DNA of 64,000 bases from a bacterium (GTDB lineage Bacteria; SZUA-182; SZUA-191; JAJRXT01). A model generated the notes under the pieces. That model ran no database searches. It was not told where the DNA came from and saw only the letters and a program-made list of their open reading frames with translations. Of the stretch, positions 46,475-57,685 are shown one piece after another. The stretch's first letter is position 1, and each line of letters opens with the position of its first letter. Location: NCBI GenBank assembly GCA_024277675.1, contig JAJRUS010000007.1, forward strand, positions 4,254 to 68,253. The letters run 5' to 3'. A program made the position numbers and the translations under genes.

Positions 46475-47713
46475 ATGCTTCGGATAAGGTATCGTATTTT
46501 TGTTTTAGTTATACTGTCATTTTATTTGGCGGGCTGTGCGGGTTACCGTTCGCGGACTAGAACGGCTCGAAAGTATTTTAATCGGGGGGATTTTTCTGCG
46601 GCTGCGGCTGAATATGAAAAGTACGTTGAGCGGGCGGGTAATGATCAGTTGCTGGCCTTACTGAATACGGGTATTTCCTACCACTATGCCGGCCAATATC
46701 AAAAAAGCATCAAATATTTCTTGAAGGCGGATAAATTTGCCGAAAAAGTAAACTATCTGAGTATAAGTCGACAGACCGCCAGCCTGTTAGCCACGGATTA
46801 TATTTTAAATTACAAGGGTGAAGATTTTGAGAAGGTATTAATCAATACTTACCTGGCTATAGACTATCTTATGCTGGGCGATTTAGAGAATGCCCTGGTA
46901 GAGGCCAAGCGGGTCAACCAAAAGCTGCAAAAATACAGCCGGGCCTGCAACTGTGACTATGAATTAAATCCTTTTTCAATATATTTATCTGGTATAATGT
47001 ATGAAATTAACGGCCAGCCGGATGAGGCCTATATAGACTATAAGAAAGTATATCAACTGCTGCCGGAATTCCCTCTGTTGGCGATGGATCTCCAACGCAC
47101 TTCCGGTAAGGCTGGGATTGACTCACCAGGACAAAACTGGCGGGCTAGCTTTGGCAAGGGCGCTTATGCTAACTTACCAGCGGGGAAATATGGTGAATTA
47201 ATTGTTTTCTTTGAATGTGGTTTTTCTCCGGAGAAGCATCAGGAAACCCGGATGGTGGCCATTCCGGTCTATCATAAACGCCGCAACCGCATCTCATATG
47301 CTGAGGTGTATGTAGATGGAAAGTATTATGACCGCACCTACATTTTAGATGATATTGAGGCTACCGCTATCCGCCAGCTAAAGGAGAAGATGCTCAGAAT
47401 CCTGGCAAAGCAGGGAATAATTAGCGCAGGTAAGGTTGCAATTGCCCATCAGATAGGCCGGGAAACCAAAATACCGATAGCTGAAAACCTGGCGTTAATG
47501 TTTTTCTATGCTACCAATAAAGCTGATACCAGAAGCTGGCTCAGCCTGCCGCAAAATATACAGCTGGCCCGAATTCCCTTGAAGCCGGGAGTACATAATA
47601 TAACCTTAAAGTTATATGATCATCATAATAGCTTGGTAAAATCGATAAATTTTGATAAGATAAAGATTGAAAAGAGGGGTAAACATTTTATAACCTATCG
47701 TACGGTAGAATAA
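46475..47713 (+). CDS. Lipoprotein (COG3014-like, encoded upstream of ycfL-lpoB)
   Basis: A lipobox (LAGCAGY) is present. It is gene-neighbour to a YcfL-LpoB pair, as in enterobacteria. Confidence 0.5.
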   Translation: MLRIRYRIFVLVILSFYLAGCAGYRSRTRTARKYFNRGDFSAAAAEYEKYVERAGNDQLLALLNTGISYHYAGQYQKSIKYFLKADKFAEKVNYLSISRQTASLLATDYILNYKGEDFEKVLINTYLAIDYLMLGDLENALVEAKRVNQKLQKYSRACNCDYELNPFSIYLSGIMYEINGQPDEAYIDYKKVYQLLPEFPLLAMDLQRTSGKAGIDSPGQNWRASFGKGAYANLPAGKYGELIVFFECGFSPEKHQETRMVAIPVYHKRRNRISYAEVYVDGKYYDRTYILDDIEATAIRQLKEKMLRILAKQGIISAGKVAIAHQIGRETKIPIAENLALMFFYATNKADTRSWLSLPQNIQLARIPLKPGVHNITLKLYDHHNSLVKSINFDKIKIEKRGKHFITYRTVE

Positions 47714-47727
47714 AAAAGGGGGGGCAT

Positions 47728-48138
47728 ATGTTACGGCGCTGCTTATTGGGTTTATGTTTATTGGTGCTATGGGGTTGTGGTGCCACTGCTGGAACGGTGG
47801 CTAGATTAGACACCAGAACCGGTGAGAAGCAGATCACTCCCTTCAGCGCTCAATTTGCCGGCAAGATTAAGGTAGTGGATATTATCTACCGCAAAACAGG
47901 CAATCTTATAGAAGCCCAGGTGCAACTGGCCAATCAGTCAAGTAAGTCCCTGGTGCTGGAATTAAAAGGTAAATGGTATGATGCCCAGGATTTTGAGGTT
48001 GATGATCCCAAGGAATTATGGCGGCACATAATCATAAACGGTAAAGAGACCAAGGCGGTAAAGCTGGTGTCTCCCCGCAAAGATGCGGTAAAGCTGGAAG
48101 TACTTACCCGCGAGGGAAAACTCGAGGGCAATTATTAA
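47728..48138 (+). CDS. YcfL-family (DUF1425) lipoprotein
   Basis: A lipobox (LWGCG) is present. The protein is about 130 aa and beta-rich. The region KVVDIIYRKTGNLIEAQVQLANQS is YcfL-like. Confidence 0.5.
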   Translation: MLRRCLLGLCLLVLWGCGATAGTVARLDTRTGEKQITPFSAQFAGKIKVVDIIYRKTGNLIEAQVQLANQSSKSLVLELKGKWYDAQDFEVDDPKELWRHIIINGKETKAVKLVSPRKDAVKLEVLTREGKLEGNY

Positions 48139-48206
48139 GCTATTGGCGGAAGTTAGCTTTCTTCTGCACAAGGCTTAAGCTAATGCTAACCACAGGAGGT
48201 CTGGTA

Positions 48207-48812
48207 ATGATAAAAAAAGTGAGTAAACTAATGGGGTTGGGAGTAGCCTGTCTTATTTGTGCCTGTAGTACCACCACCACTGTATTGGATGTAGACAACC
48301 CCATGTATATGAGTGAAGATTTTGGGTATACAGACCTTAAAACGGCTACCGAAAAGATGATCTCATCTATACTTACCAATCCGCCGATTTCCGAACGCAA
48401 TGACCGGCCGGTAGTAATTGCCTATGGCATTACCAACCGGACTGATGAGCATATCGATACCCAGGCGATTACTGAAAAAATTCAAACCGGTTTAACCCGT
48501 TCGGGCAAACTACGATTTATAAATAAAGAAGCCCGGGACAAGATCCAAAAAGAGATCGGTTATCAGCAGGGAGGCATGATCAATCCCGAGACCAGAACCA
48601 AACTAGGCAAGCAAATTGGCGCAGAATATATGCTCACCGGTTCCATTACCTCCATTACCACAGAAGAAGGGAAGGGGATAAGGCTCAAGGAAAAGCGGGT
48701 TAAGTATTATAAGGTAGCCCTGGAGTTAACCGATCTGAATACCAATATCATTGAGTGGTCGGATGAACAGGAATTTGCCCGCAAGGTATCTGAACCGCTT
48801 ATCGGTTGGTAG
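48207..48812 (+). CDS. lpoB: Penicillin-binding protein activator LpoB-like lipoprotein
   Basis: An RBS (GGAGG) lies before MIKKVSK. A lipobox (LICAC) is present. LpoB core motifs are NRTDEHIDT and AEYMLTGSITSI. Confidence 0.65.
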   Translation: MIKKVSKLMGLGVACLICACSTTTTVLDVDNPMYMSEDFGYTDLKTATEKMISSILTNPPISERNDRPVVIAYGITNRTDEHIDTQAITEKIQTGLTRSGKLRFINKEARDKIQKEIGYQQGGMINPETRTKLGKQIGAEYMLTGSITSITTEEGKGIRLKEKRVKYYKVALELTDLNTNIIEWSDEQEFARKVSEPLIGW

Positions 48813-48853
48813 TGAACTTGGATTCCAAGGCAGAACAGCCGGGAGAAAAACTT

Positions 48854-49345
48854 ATGCGTAAATATGCTTATTATGGCATTATCTTTATTGTCGGTTGGTG
48901 CCTTTGGGGTTGTGCAGGACCCAATATTTACCATAATTTTAAAGACCAGTTGGATGAAGAGGTAACTTTTTCCCAAGTGCTTAAGGATCCGAAAAGCTAT
49001 AAGGGAAAAATAATATATTGGGGGGGAACTATTATAAGTACGCTCAATATGGAAATAGGTACGCAAATCGAAGTATTGCAAAAACCGCTGGATAGTAGAA
49101 AGAATCCCCGTAAGACCGATCAATCGGAGGGACGGTTTCTGATCAGGTATCCAAGGTATCTGGATCCCGCCATTTATGCCCCTCGGCGCGACCTTGTGGT
49201 AGTAGGGAAAATCGCCGGTGCTGAGAAAAAACCATTGGGGGAAATAGAATACAATTACCCCTTAATCTCAGCTAAAGAGGTAGAACTTATTAAACAAGCT
49301 CCCAGCAAGACTCAAACCAGCTTCGGTTTTGGTTTGGGGCTATAA
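48854..49345 (+). CDS. Slp/YeaY-family outer-membrane lipoprotein
   Basis: A lipobox (LWGCAG) is present. The Slp core is YKGKIIYWGGTIIS...IEVLQKPLDSRKNP...GRFLIRYPRYLDP. Confidence 0.6.
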   Translation: MRKYAYYGIIFIVGWCLWGCAGPNIYHNFKDQLDEEVTFSQVLKDPKSYKGKIIYWGGTIISTLNMEIGTQIEVLQKPLDSRKNPRKTDQSEGRFLIRYPRYLDPAIYAPRRDLVVVGKIAGAEKKPLGEIEYNYPLISAKEVELIKQAPSKTQTSFGFGLGL

Positions 49346-49433
49346 AAACAACCTGGTTTATAGATAAGAAAGGGCAAGCCGTACCGGCAGGCCCTAAAAT
49401 TCCTGCTAATCACTTATTGAATCCAAATTGCCA

Positions 49434-51413
49434 TTAGGCAAAGCTTTGAATAAGCTTGTCCCGGCAATAAAAGATTTCAAATGCCTGGATGTTTTCTTCC
49501 AGATACTTGACCAGTTTAACCTGGTTTTCCTGAAAAATTAATTTTACCTGTTGGCGATATTTTTCCAATTCTTTGAGCATATTTTTTATGGCTAGCGGCT
49601 CAATATGGCTCAATCCGCCAAAATCCAACACCAGCGGTTTTGAATTCCTTTCCAGGAAATGAATTAAGCTTTTGTTGATCTTTTCAGCCGACAGCTTGTC
49701 CAGATGCCCCCTACAGACTACCAACTGGGCTTGTATCTTTTCCATCTCCTGAACGCTGATTTTGAGAATATTATCCTTGACGCCCCTTAATTCCCGGCCG
49801 ACCAGTTCCACCGAAATCCGCTCTTGCGGCGCCATGCGATAGGTTTTCATGCACAGCTTGGGTTGGGAAGCTTTAGCCGGGATCAATTTCTCTTTGGCGC
49901 TTTTCAGGGCCAGCTTAGCTGATACATATTTGGAAGCCCAGTGGATACTTGACGAGATGCCGAATTCGGCTTTGATGTTATCCTGTAAAGCAATAATTTT
50001 ATCTTTGATTTCCTGGTTAGGCGCATATTTGATGGCCGCCGGAATCAGGGCCAGGGCAAAGCGGCAAGAGTGTGCATTGAATTCAGCCCGTTTCTTCAGA
50101 GCGGGTGAATCAAAATTTTTAAGTGTTTGGTAACCCTTGAAATTTGTCTCTACCGCCCGGATGACTGAGGGGCCTAACTTATGGAATCCCTTCCTGAAGG
50201 CTTCCCGCTGAATTTCCTCCATCCTTTTAGGGCTGATATGTGGATGCTTCATGGTAAAATGGAAGCCATCGAAGTCCTTCCAGGGCAGGTTCAAAATACG
50301 CCCGTCGCGCGCAGCCTTTTTAAACAGCGGAGTTCCCGGCAGCGGGGTGTAGAGCATGAACTGATTGAAGGTGGATTCCATGGACAACATGTAATCAATG
50401 TCCTGCCGGAGACTCTCTTCGGTATGAAAATCATAGCCCAGTACCATAGAAGCAATAGTCAGAATGCCGTGGTCGTGCAAGGAACCGATTAAGTGCTTTA
50501 AATCGATACCTTTAAGCTTTTTATAGTTTTTCCTGGGGGATTCCACTCCCAGCCAGACACACTCCAGTCCCATGGCAGCCAATTCTTTAAAATCATACTG
50601 CATAATAGAGTCGGCCGCCCCAAAACAGGCAAACAGCACCGGATTTTCCAATTCCCGCTTAGTATAGCCGGCCAACTCATCAACCCGTTTTTTATCCAGC
50701 AGGAAATCTTCTTCAATAATAAGGTAGTCCCTGGTCCTGGTACGTTTTTTTAACGGCAATTCCTGGGCCTGATCCATCATAACATCGAAAATTTCCTTGC
50801 CGGTTCTAAGCATCGGCAGGTGTTTGCAATCAAAATAGTGAGAAGTTAGACAAAAGTCGCATCCCCGGGGACAACCCAGCCCGGCCACAATCAAACCAGC
50901 CATACCCAACTGGATTCCCATGGTTTCAGCCGCCGGGTTAAATACCCGCGGGTGCTTCAATGGCCGGGCCTGTGGTTCGCCCAGCAATTTTCTCATAAAC
51001 TGAACCCCTTCACCATGACAGACATAGTCCGCTATTTTTTCCACCCCGGCCACCGCAGTTCCATAACCCCCGACAATGGTTTTTGAGTTAGGGGCTATTT
51101 CCCTGGTCAACTCACACATTTTTCTGGCTTTGTCAAAGGTGGTGGGGGAAAAATTAATGCCCACATAGTCGTAGCCTTTTTTTAAGTGTTTTTCAAATTC
51201 GGCCAGACTGGGATTCTCCAATACTACAGTAGGAATCTGCAAATTCTCGGCGAGAAAATGCAGCCCCAGATTGGGATTAGCCCCCCGAATGCTGAAAATT
51301 CCCTGGGCGCTGGTAAGGTTGGTGTGATAAAATTCGGCCAGGGTACTGGCATTTCCATATTGGTCATTTATGCCAAATGGTTTAAAAACGGTAGTTAATA
51401 ATAATTTTTTCAT
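49434..51413 (-). CDS. B12-binding radical SAM protein fused to a C-terminal STAS (anti-sigma-antagonist-like) domain
   Basis: A perfect RBS (AAGGAG) lies before MKKLLL. The radical SAM motif is CPRGCDFC. The C-terminal roughly 110 aa are a STAS domain (KPLVLDFGGLSHIEPLAIKNMLKELEKY). Confidence 0.75.
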   Translation of the reverse strand: MKKLLLTTVFKPFGINDQYGNASTLAEFYHTNLTSAQGIFSIRGANPNLGLHFLAENLQIPTVVLENPSLAEFEKHLKKGYDYVGINFSPTTFDKARKMCELTREIAPNSKTIVGGYGTAVAGVEKIADYVCHGEGVQFMRKLLGEPQARPLKHPRVFNPAAETMGIQLGMAGLIVAGLGCPRGCDFCLTSHYFDCKHLPMLRTGKEIFDVMMDQAQELPLKKRTRTRDYLIIEEDFLLDKKRVDELAGYTKRELENPVLFACFGAADSIMQYDFKELAAMGLECVWLGVESPRKNYKKLKGIDLKHLIGSLHDHGILTIASMVLGYDFHTEESLRQDIDYMLSMESTFNQFMLYTPLPGTPLFKKAARDGRILNLPWKDFDGFHFTMKHPHISPKRMEEIQREAFRKGFHKLGPSVIRAVETNFKGYQTLKNFDSPALKKRAEFNAHSCRFALALIPAAIKYAPNQEIKDKIIALQDNIKAEFGISSSIHWASKYVSAKLALKSAKEKLIPAKASQPKLCMKTYRMAPQERISVELVGRELRGVKDNILKISVQEMEKIQAQLVVCRGHLDKLSAEKINKSLIHFLERNSKPLVLDFGGLSHIEPLAIKNMLKELEKYRQQVKLIFQENQVKLVKYLEENIQAFEIFYCRDKLIQSFA

Positions 51414-51771
51414 TGAGTCTCCTTGCTGAACCCGTAAAAAGCCAGCAAGCATACACGCCTGCCATTCCCGTTTGCCAGGGAATGACAACTTTTTACGAGA
51501 CCATCCCTAATACAGCCGATGTTCATCAAAATCAATATATATAAATAAAACCTAAAACTATAATATACCATAATGGGGGTTTTTTACAAGATAAATTTTT
51601 CATTCGTCACCCTAAAAAGAAAATGGCTTACGGGAATTTCCAGAAATCGCTTAACTTGAAAGGCTCATCGGGATATAAGGTTTGAGGGAATTTTCAGCTA
51701 ACACTATCCTTAGATTACCGGCCACAGCTTGCCTACGTCGGGTAAGTCGAACTTTAAGCCACTCAATATAT

Positions 51772-51996
51772 TTACTTGGTATAATGCAAAAAAACAGCTC
51801 TTATTCTTTTTTGGTGAGTCGCTTTAGCCCAACATTCACTACACCGGCAGAAATGAGCCTGGTATAAGTGTTTTTCCCAGTCAGGGATTGCTTTATGGCA
51901 GCTTTTACAATATAGCGTCGGGGAATTTTTCTCCGGCATCGCTTTCCCCCATCCTTTTTCTGCCTGCTCCTCTAGAATAGCTTTCGAAAAAGCCAT
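51772..51996 (-). CDS. Hypothetical Cys-rich small protein (74 aa)
   Basis: Motifs CKSCH...CRCSECW are present, and the ORF sits in a 670-nt intergenic gap. It may be non-coding. Confidence 0.25.
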   Translation of the reverse strand: MAFSKAILEEQAEKGWGKAMPEKNSPTLYCKSCHKAIPDWEKHLYQAHFCRCSECWAKATHQKRIRAVFLHYTK

Positions 51997-52157
51997 CCTC
52001 TGTTAAGCGCTTTTTTTAAAAATATACCTAAAAAAATATATTTGTCCAGTATTTATTTCAGGGACGACGTAATTCAAGATAATTTGTAACTCAGGGTAGA
52101 GTAGAAGGCTGGACAGACTCCTAGAAATTTCCTGCCCTATTTGCTGTTAACTCCCTT

Positions 52158-53855
52158 TTAATATTGGACAAAAACAAAGCCTTGCTCACCGTTACTATCC
52201 TCAAACAATGGCGGCGGTAGCTGTTGCCTCCAGGATTTAAACCTCCGGGTTTTGGCCACCAGGATCAAGCGGCCAGTTCCCCTGTATTTTATAGCCAACG
52301 CCCGGAATTGTTCCGGGTCAAGCAACCGCTGTACTGCATCAGGATAGCTGAGTCCATACTTCAACTCACCCCCTTTTTTAAGCTGGTAAACATCAGTCCG
52401 CTTATAAAACCAGCAAACGGCACGAATAATATCTTTATCTGAAACCAGCAGGCTGTCCGGCTGAATCCTGGACGACTGTCGCCGCAGAAACTCACCAGGG
52501 GCTTTCTTTATTTTTACCCGATCGGGCACCAGAAAATGGCCGCTGAACATAAAAAGCAGCGGCGCCGCGCAATATAGTGTCAATTTCCGCCGCCAATCCG
52601 GCGTCCGGAGGGCGGCCAGCAATAAACCTACCCACAAAAGCAGCCCGCCGACGGCGGTAATCCACTTCCAGTTTTCCGCCGCCCCGTAAGCCCTGATTCC
52701 CGGAAAATTCGTCAGTTGGCTTATCAGTAGAGCAAGGGTAGCCAGCGCCATCAACCAGGCCATAAACTGCGCCGCCCTGGTAAAAACTTGTCTCTTGCCC
52801 TCTTTCAGGTAGCCCGGCAGACCGAAACTTATGAGCATAGCCAGCGCCGGAAAGCAGGGCAGAATATAGGTGCCCAACTTGCCGGAAGAAGCGGAAAAGA
52901 ATAAAAAAGGGAATAGAAACCAACAAATAGTAAAGCGTGTTAAAGTGGATTTGGTATATGCTTGCTTTAAGCGGGGAATCACGGCCGGTGAAAAAATAAT
53001 CCAGGGCAGCGCCCCGCCGGCTAATACCGGGACATAGTACCAGAAAGGGGCCGCATGCTGGGCGTTATGGGCCATAAAGCGGCGGATATGCTCCTCCCAG
53101 AAGAAATAGCGCCAGAAATCCGGTTCCCGCGAGGCTATCATCAATCCCCACGGCAGGCACACTGCCACCGCTATCAGCGCCGGCAGCCAAAGCAGGGATG
53201 GCAGTTCCTTAAGCCTTCGTTCCCATAGCATAAACGGCACTACCACCACCAGCGGTACGGCGAAGGCGATAAAGCCCTTGGTAAGGAAGGCCAGGCCGCA
53301 ACTGACCCCGCACAGGGCCAAAAGCAACACTTTTTGCCGGCGTTTTTGCGCCATATAAGCCCCGAAAAAGGCCGCCAGCATACCGGCGATGAACAGCGAA
53401 AGCAAGCTGTCCAGCACGCTGAAAGTCCCCACCCCAAACACCAATGGAAACGTCAGAAATACCGCTACGGCGAGGATGGCGGCGCTGCACTCAGTCTCGA
53501 AGCGCCGCACCAGGCATAAAACAATAAGCGCGGTGAAACCTACGGCCAGCGCCGACGGCAGCCGGGCGGCAAAGGCATTCTGACCGAACAGCAGCATTGA
53601 TATGGCATTCAACCAGTAGCCCAGCGCCGGTTTTTCAAAATAACGCAGTCCGTTGAGGCGGGGCGCTACCCAATTACCGGAGACAATCATCTCGCGCGGG
53701 ATTTCAGCATAACGGGATTCGTCGGGGATAATTATCGGCCTTGCCCCCAGGGGCAGAATATAAAGCAACATGAAAAGCCCGACAACGGCCAGCAGGGGTT
53801 TCTTCATCAAATAATCCATCATACGGGCTGCCTTTGGGCCTGGTGTGAAACCCAC
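52158..53855 (-). CDS. arnT: Undecaprenyl-phosphate-L-Ara4N transferase (GT39/ArnT family)
   Basis: PMT/ArnT N-terminal motifs are present (DESRYAEIPREM, FEKPALGYW). The protein is polytopic. The start may be the internal MMDYLMKK or MKKPLL. Confidence 0.8.
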   Translation of the reverse strand: MGFTPGPKAARMMDYLMKKPLLAVVGLFMLLYILPLGARPIIIPDESRYAEIPREMIVSGNWVAPRLNGLRYFEKPALGYWLNAISMLLFGQNAFAARLPSALAVGFTALIVLCLVRRFETECSAAILAVAVFLTFPLVFGVGTFSVLDSLLSLFIAGMLAAFFGAYMAQKRRQKVLLLALCGVSCGLAFLTKGFIAFAVPLVVVVPFMLWERRLKELPSLLWLPALIAVAVCLPWGLMIASREPDFWRYFFWEEHIRRFMAHNAQHAAPFWYYVPVLAGGALPWIIFSPAVIPRLKQAYTKSTLTRFTICWFLFPFLFFSASSGKLGTYILPCFPALAMLISFGLPGYLKEGKRQVFTRAAQFMAWLMALATLALLISQLTNFPGIRAYGAAENWKWITAVGGLLLWVGLLLAALRTPDWRRKLTLYCAAPLLFMFSGHFLVPDRVKIKKAPGEFLRRQSSRIQPDSLLVSDKDIIRAVCWFYKRTDVYQLKKGGELKYGLSYPDAVQRLLDPEQFRALAIKYRGTGRLILVAKTRRFKSWRQQLPPPLFEDSNGEQGFVFVQY

Positions 53856-54715
53856 CCCTCCCGCCCAACTACCGGCCCGGGGACAATCGCCGCCCGGCCG
53901 ATTGACGGCCGGTCGTCAAGCAGCGCTCCCAGGGGAACCAGGGATATACTTCCTGCTTTAGCCAGCCGGATAAAATCCTCAAACATGCCGAGACAAAAAA
54001 TCCCCTCAACCTCGGCATGGATGGTAAGCACATTCAGTGCGTCCGGTTTCAACAGGGATAGAAGATGCTCGTTATAATCTTCCGGCAAAACTCCCTTGCG
54101 CCCGACTACCTCATCATAGGTGGGTAATGTCACCGGAATTTGTGGTTGAGACAAAGGCTCTCCTCCCACCAGGGGATAGAAAATGGTTTTTCCCCGGCAG
54201 TCGCTGTTGTAACTAAAGGGGAAGCGCAGTTTTTCTTCCAACACCAGCTTATTGCACTTCCAGGCCGGGGCTGCCGAGCAAACAGGCGGTCGGCCGATAA
54301 TCTGGGTCAGCAGGTCAAAAGCTTGCTGCAAGCAGCGCCTTAGTTCCTCCCGGCCGAGCTTATCAATATGCGCTTGCCAAGCGTAGTGATCCCAGGCATG
54401 TAGTCCTATCTCGTGCCCGTCCCGGGCGGCCGAGTGGATTTCAGCCGCCGCTTTTTCACCGATAACCGGCCCCGGCCGGAAGATTCCCATGAGCAGGATA
54501 TCCCAGCCGTAGAGACTGGCGGCCCTGGTGCGCAGCATCTTAATCAGAAAGCCGGGACGTAGGAGCCGTTTAAGGTGCCGGCCCATATTATCCGGCCCCA
54601 CCGAGAAGAAGAAGGAAGCCGGAATGGAATATCGGGCCAACAGCCGGCACAGATTGGGCACCCCAACCTTGGTACCCCTGAGAGTATCCACATCAATGCG
54701 TAAGCCGATAGTCAT
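53819..54715 (-). CDS. arnD: 4-deoxy-4-formamido-L-arabinose-phosphoundecaprenol deformylase
   Basis: The polysaccharide-deacetylase fold and an ArnD-like N-terminus are present (RIDVDTLRGT...ASFFFSVGPDNMGRH). Confidence 0.8.
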   Translation of the reverse strand: MTIGLRIDVDTLRGTKVGVPNLCRLLARYSIPASFFFSVGPDNMGRHLKRLLRPGFLIKMLRTRAASLYGWDILLMGIFRPGPVIGEKAAAEIHSAARDGHEIGLHAWDHYAWQAHIDKLGREELRRCLQQAFDLLTQIIGRPPVCSAAPAWKCNKLVLEEKLRFPFSYNSDCRGKTIFYPLVGGEPLSQPQIPVTLPTYDEVVGRKGVLPEDYNEHLLSLLKPDALNVLTIHAEVEGIFCLGMFEDFIRLAKAGSISLVPLGALLDDRPSIGRAAIVPGPVVGREGWVSHQAQRQPV

Positions 54716-54718
54716 TCA

Positions 54719-56707
54719 TTACCCCTGGGAGCCTGTCGAACTTGCGGCTTCCCGCAGGAAAAAGTCCAGGGTTTCTTCAACCGACCGCGCAAGCCCTATC
54801 TCCGGCATCCACTGTAAAATCCGCCGGGCCTTCCTGATGCTTGGTTTCCTGTATTGCACATCCTCATAACCGGCGCCATAATATGAACTACTCTCCACCT
54901 GGCGAATACCGGCGAAGGGCGGAAATTCGGGACGCAGGGGGTGCCGCTGGAACTTCTCCACCAGCAACTCGGCCAGTTCCCTGATACTCAACTCATTATC
55001 TGGATTGCCGATATTGATGATCTGACCGTCACAGCGATCATGCTTATTTTCAATAATCCGGTAGAGGCATTCAATGCCGTCTTTCACGTCGGTAAAGCAG
55101 CGTTTTTGATTTCCACTATCCACCAGCTTGATGGGGGCGCCTTCCACCAGATTCAGGATCAGTTGGGTGATCGCCCTTGAGCTGCCGATACGGGCGGAGG
55201 TCAGGCTGTCCAGCCGGGGGCCGATCCAGTTGAAGGGGCGAAACAGGGTAAACCGCAAACCATGGGTAGCGCCGTAGGCCCAGATGACCCTATCCAGCAA
55301 TTGCTTGCTGCAAGCGTAGATCCAGCGCTGGTTGCGGATCGGCCCCAATACCAGTTTGGAGCGGTCCTCGTCAAACTCCGGATCATCGCTCATACCGTAA
55401 ACCTCAGAAGTGGAAGGGAAAATTAATCGCTTGCCGTACTTGACGCAATAACGGACAATGCGCAGGTTCTCCTCAAAGTCGAGTTCAAACACCCGCAACG
55501 GATTACGAACATACTGAGCGGGGGTGGCAATGGCTACCAGCGGAATGACGATATCGCATTTGCGCACGTGATACTCTATCCACTCCCGGTGAATGGAGAT
55601 GTCTCCCTCAAAGAAGCGAAAACCGGGATGTGCGAAAAGGCGCTGGATGGAGTCCGCCCCCAGATCCATACCATGCACTTCATAATGGCCGCTGTTCAGC
55701 AGGCGTTCGCTCAAATGATTCCCGATAAAGCCGTCCACTCCCAGGATAAGCACCTGCTTTTTCCTGGCTTCCTCCAGCACGAGACAGGCGCTTCGGCCAA
55801 ACCTCATGCCCGGCACCAAACTCAGATCATCAGCCAGTTGGGCGCCGCTCATGAAGATTCCCCCCTCGGACTGGATGGCGTCGACCTGTATCGCCCCCTT
55901 CCCACAGGCTACTACCAGCGGGTGAGTAGAGAGAATCTCACCCGGTTTTCCAGGCTTACCGGCAAGCGTACTTACCGCCCAGAAGATACATTTCTGGCGA
56001 CCTATGTAACTGAAGGCCCCGGGATAGGGCCGGGTTACCGCCCGTACCAGATTCCTTACGGCGGCGGCGTCACAGTGCCAGTCCAGCTCCCCGTCCGCCG
56101 GCCGGCGCCGGCCGAAGTATGTGGCCTGAGAGTGTTGCTGATGTATCCGGGGAGCGTTTCCGGCCTTGACCTGCGGCAGACTTTCGTTCAGTAGAGCGGC
56201 TGCCGCTTGAGCAGCTTTAAGGTGAAGACTTTGGGCGGTATCCTCAGCGGTTATGGGAATGCTTTTCCGGGCTACAATATCTCCTGCATCCGGTTGAATA
56301 GTCATATGGTGCAAACTGACCCCGGTTTCCTGCTCCCCGTTGATCAGTACCCAATTGATCGGGCAGCAGCCCCGGTATCTGGGCAGCAGGGAACCGTGCA
56401 GGTTCAGGCAGCCCGAAGGCGGGATATCAAGTATCTCCTGTCCCACCAATTGCCGGTAGTAGAAGGAAAATATAATATCCGGCGCAAGCTGCTTTATCCT
56501 TTCCACCCACAGGGGATGATTGATGTCCTCCGGGGCGAAAACCGGTATGCCCGCATTTGAAGCAAGCTCGGCCACCGAGTCAAACCAAATGGTTTCCCGG
56601 GGATCATCCCGATGGGTAAAAACCGCAGCTATTTCAAATCCATTTTCCAGTAGGGCCTTGATTCCTGCACAGCCGATCTGATGATAGGCCAATACGATAG
56701 CTTTCAC
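54719..56707 (-). CDS. arnA: Bifunctional UDP-GlcA decarboxylase / UDP-L-Ara4N formyltransferase
   Basis: An N-terminal formyltransferase domain ([10 protein letters not shown]) is joined to a C-terminal SDR decarboxylase ([12 protein letters not shown]), 662 aa in total. Confidence 0.9.
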   Translation of the reverse strand: MKAIVLAYHQIGCAGIKALLENGFEIAAVFTHRDDPRETIWFDSVAELASNAGIPVFAPEDINHPLWVERIKQLAPDIIFSFYYRQLVGQEILDIPPSGCLNLHGSLLPRYRGCCPINWVLINGEQETGVSLHHMTIQPDAGDIVARKSIPITAEDTAQSLHLKAAQAAAALLNESLPQVKAGNAPRIHQQHSQATYFGRRRPADGELDWHCDAAAVRNLVRAVTRPYPGAFSYIGRQKCIFWAVSTLAGKPGKPGEILSTHPLVVACGKGAIQVDAIQSEGGIFMSGAQLADDLSLVPGMRFGRSACLVLEEARKKQVLILGVDGFIGNHLSERLLNSGHYEVHGMDLGADSIQRLFAHPGFRFFEGDISIHREWIEYHVRKCDIVIPLVAIATPAQYVRNPLRVFELDFEENLRIVRYCVKYGKRLIFPSTSEVYGMSDDPEFDEDRSKLVLGPIRNQRWIYACSKQLLDRVIWAYGATHGLRFTLFRPFNWIGPRLDSLTSARIGSSRAITQLILNLVEGAPIKLVDSGNQKRCFTDVKDGIECLYRIIENKHDRCDGQIINIGNPDNELSIRELAELLVEKFQRHPLRPEFPPFAGIRQVESSSYYGAGYEDVQYRKPSIRKARRILQWMPEIGLARSVEETLDFFLREAASSTGSQG

Positions 56708-56719
56708 GTTGACTTTACC

Positions 56720-57685
56720 TCATCCGTTAGGTTCCGACACCGATATCTCACCGATAACCCGTTGCACAAAATAGCGCGGCCGGTTTCTTACATCGTGATA
56801 TATGCGCCCGATATATTCTCCCAACAACCCCATCCCGATAAACTGAGCGCCGATAAAGATGAACAGGATGGCAAACAGGGTAAAAACTCCTCCCACCGCC
56901 CAGGCGGCCCCATATACCAGCCGCATGACCAGTAAAAACAAGCCAAAGCCGATCCCCGCCGCCGATATGATTACCCCCAACGTGCTAAGCAGGCGCAGGG
57001 GAAAGGTGGTCATGCTGGTCAGTAAATCAAACATCAGGCTGATAAGCCGCAACATGTCATATTTGGACTCACCGTGAATGCGGGTCTCATGGCTTACCTC
57101 TATCTCCGTGGTATGCCGGGCAAAAGTGTTGGCCAGCACCGGAATAAAGGTGCTATGTTCGTTACAGGAGAGCATGGCGGCTACGATATGCCGGCGGTAA
57201 GCCCGCAACATGCAGCCGTAATCGTGCATCATCACTCCGGTGGATTTCTGTACCGTTTTGTTGATGATGGCCGAGGCCAGCCGGCGAGCTATGGTGTCTT
57301 TCCGGTGCGCCCGTATAGTTCCAACCACATCAACACCCTTGTCAATACAATTTACCAAACGGGGAATCTCCTCCGGTGGATTCTGTAAATCAGCATCCAG
57401 GGTGACCACAATATCGCCCTTTGATTGTTCAAACCCGGCCATAATCGCTGCATGCTGGCCGTAGTTCCGGTTCAGGAACACCCCGATAATTTCCCCTGGA
57501 TTTTGTTTGACCGCCGTTTCTATCCTTTCCCCGGAGGCGTCCAGACTGCCGTCATCCACCAGGATGAGCTCGAACGGTCGGCCTGTTTTCCGGCAGGCCC
57601 CCAGACAGCGCCGGATAAGCTCGTCCAGGTTGGCGGCCTCGTTGAATACCGGAATCACCACGGAAATTAATTTAGCATCACCCAT
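56720..57685 (-). CDS. arnC: Undecaprenyl-phosphate 4-deoxy-4-formamido-L-arabinose transferase (GT2)
   Basis: The GT2 motifs VVIPVFNE and DAD are present, with two C-terminal transmembrane helices. Confidence 0.85.
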   Translation of the reverse strand: MGDAKLISVVIPVFNEAANLDELIRRCLGACRKTGRPFELILVDDGSLDASGERIETAVKQNPGEIIGVFLNRNYGQHAAIMAGFEQSKGDIVVTLDADLQNPPEEIPRLVNCIDKGVDVVGTIRAHRKDTIARRLASAIINKTVQKSTGVMMHDYGCMLRAYRRHIVAAMLSCNEHSTFIPVLANTFARHTTEIEVSHETRIHGESKYDMLRLISLMFDLLTSMTTFPLRLLSTLGVIISAAGIGFGLFLLVMRLVYGAAWAVGGVFTLFAILFIFIGAQFIGMGLLGEYIGRIYHDVRNRPRYFVQRVIGEISVSEPNG

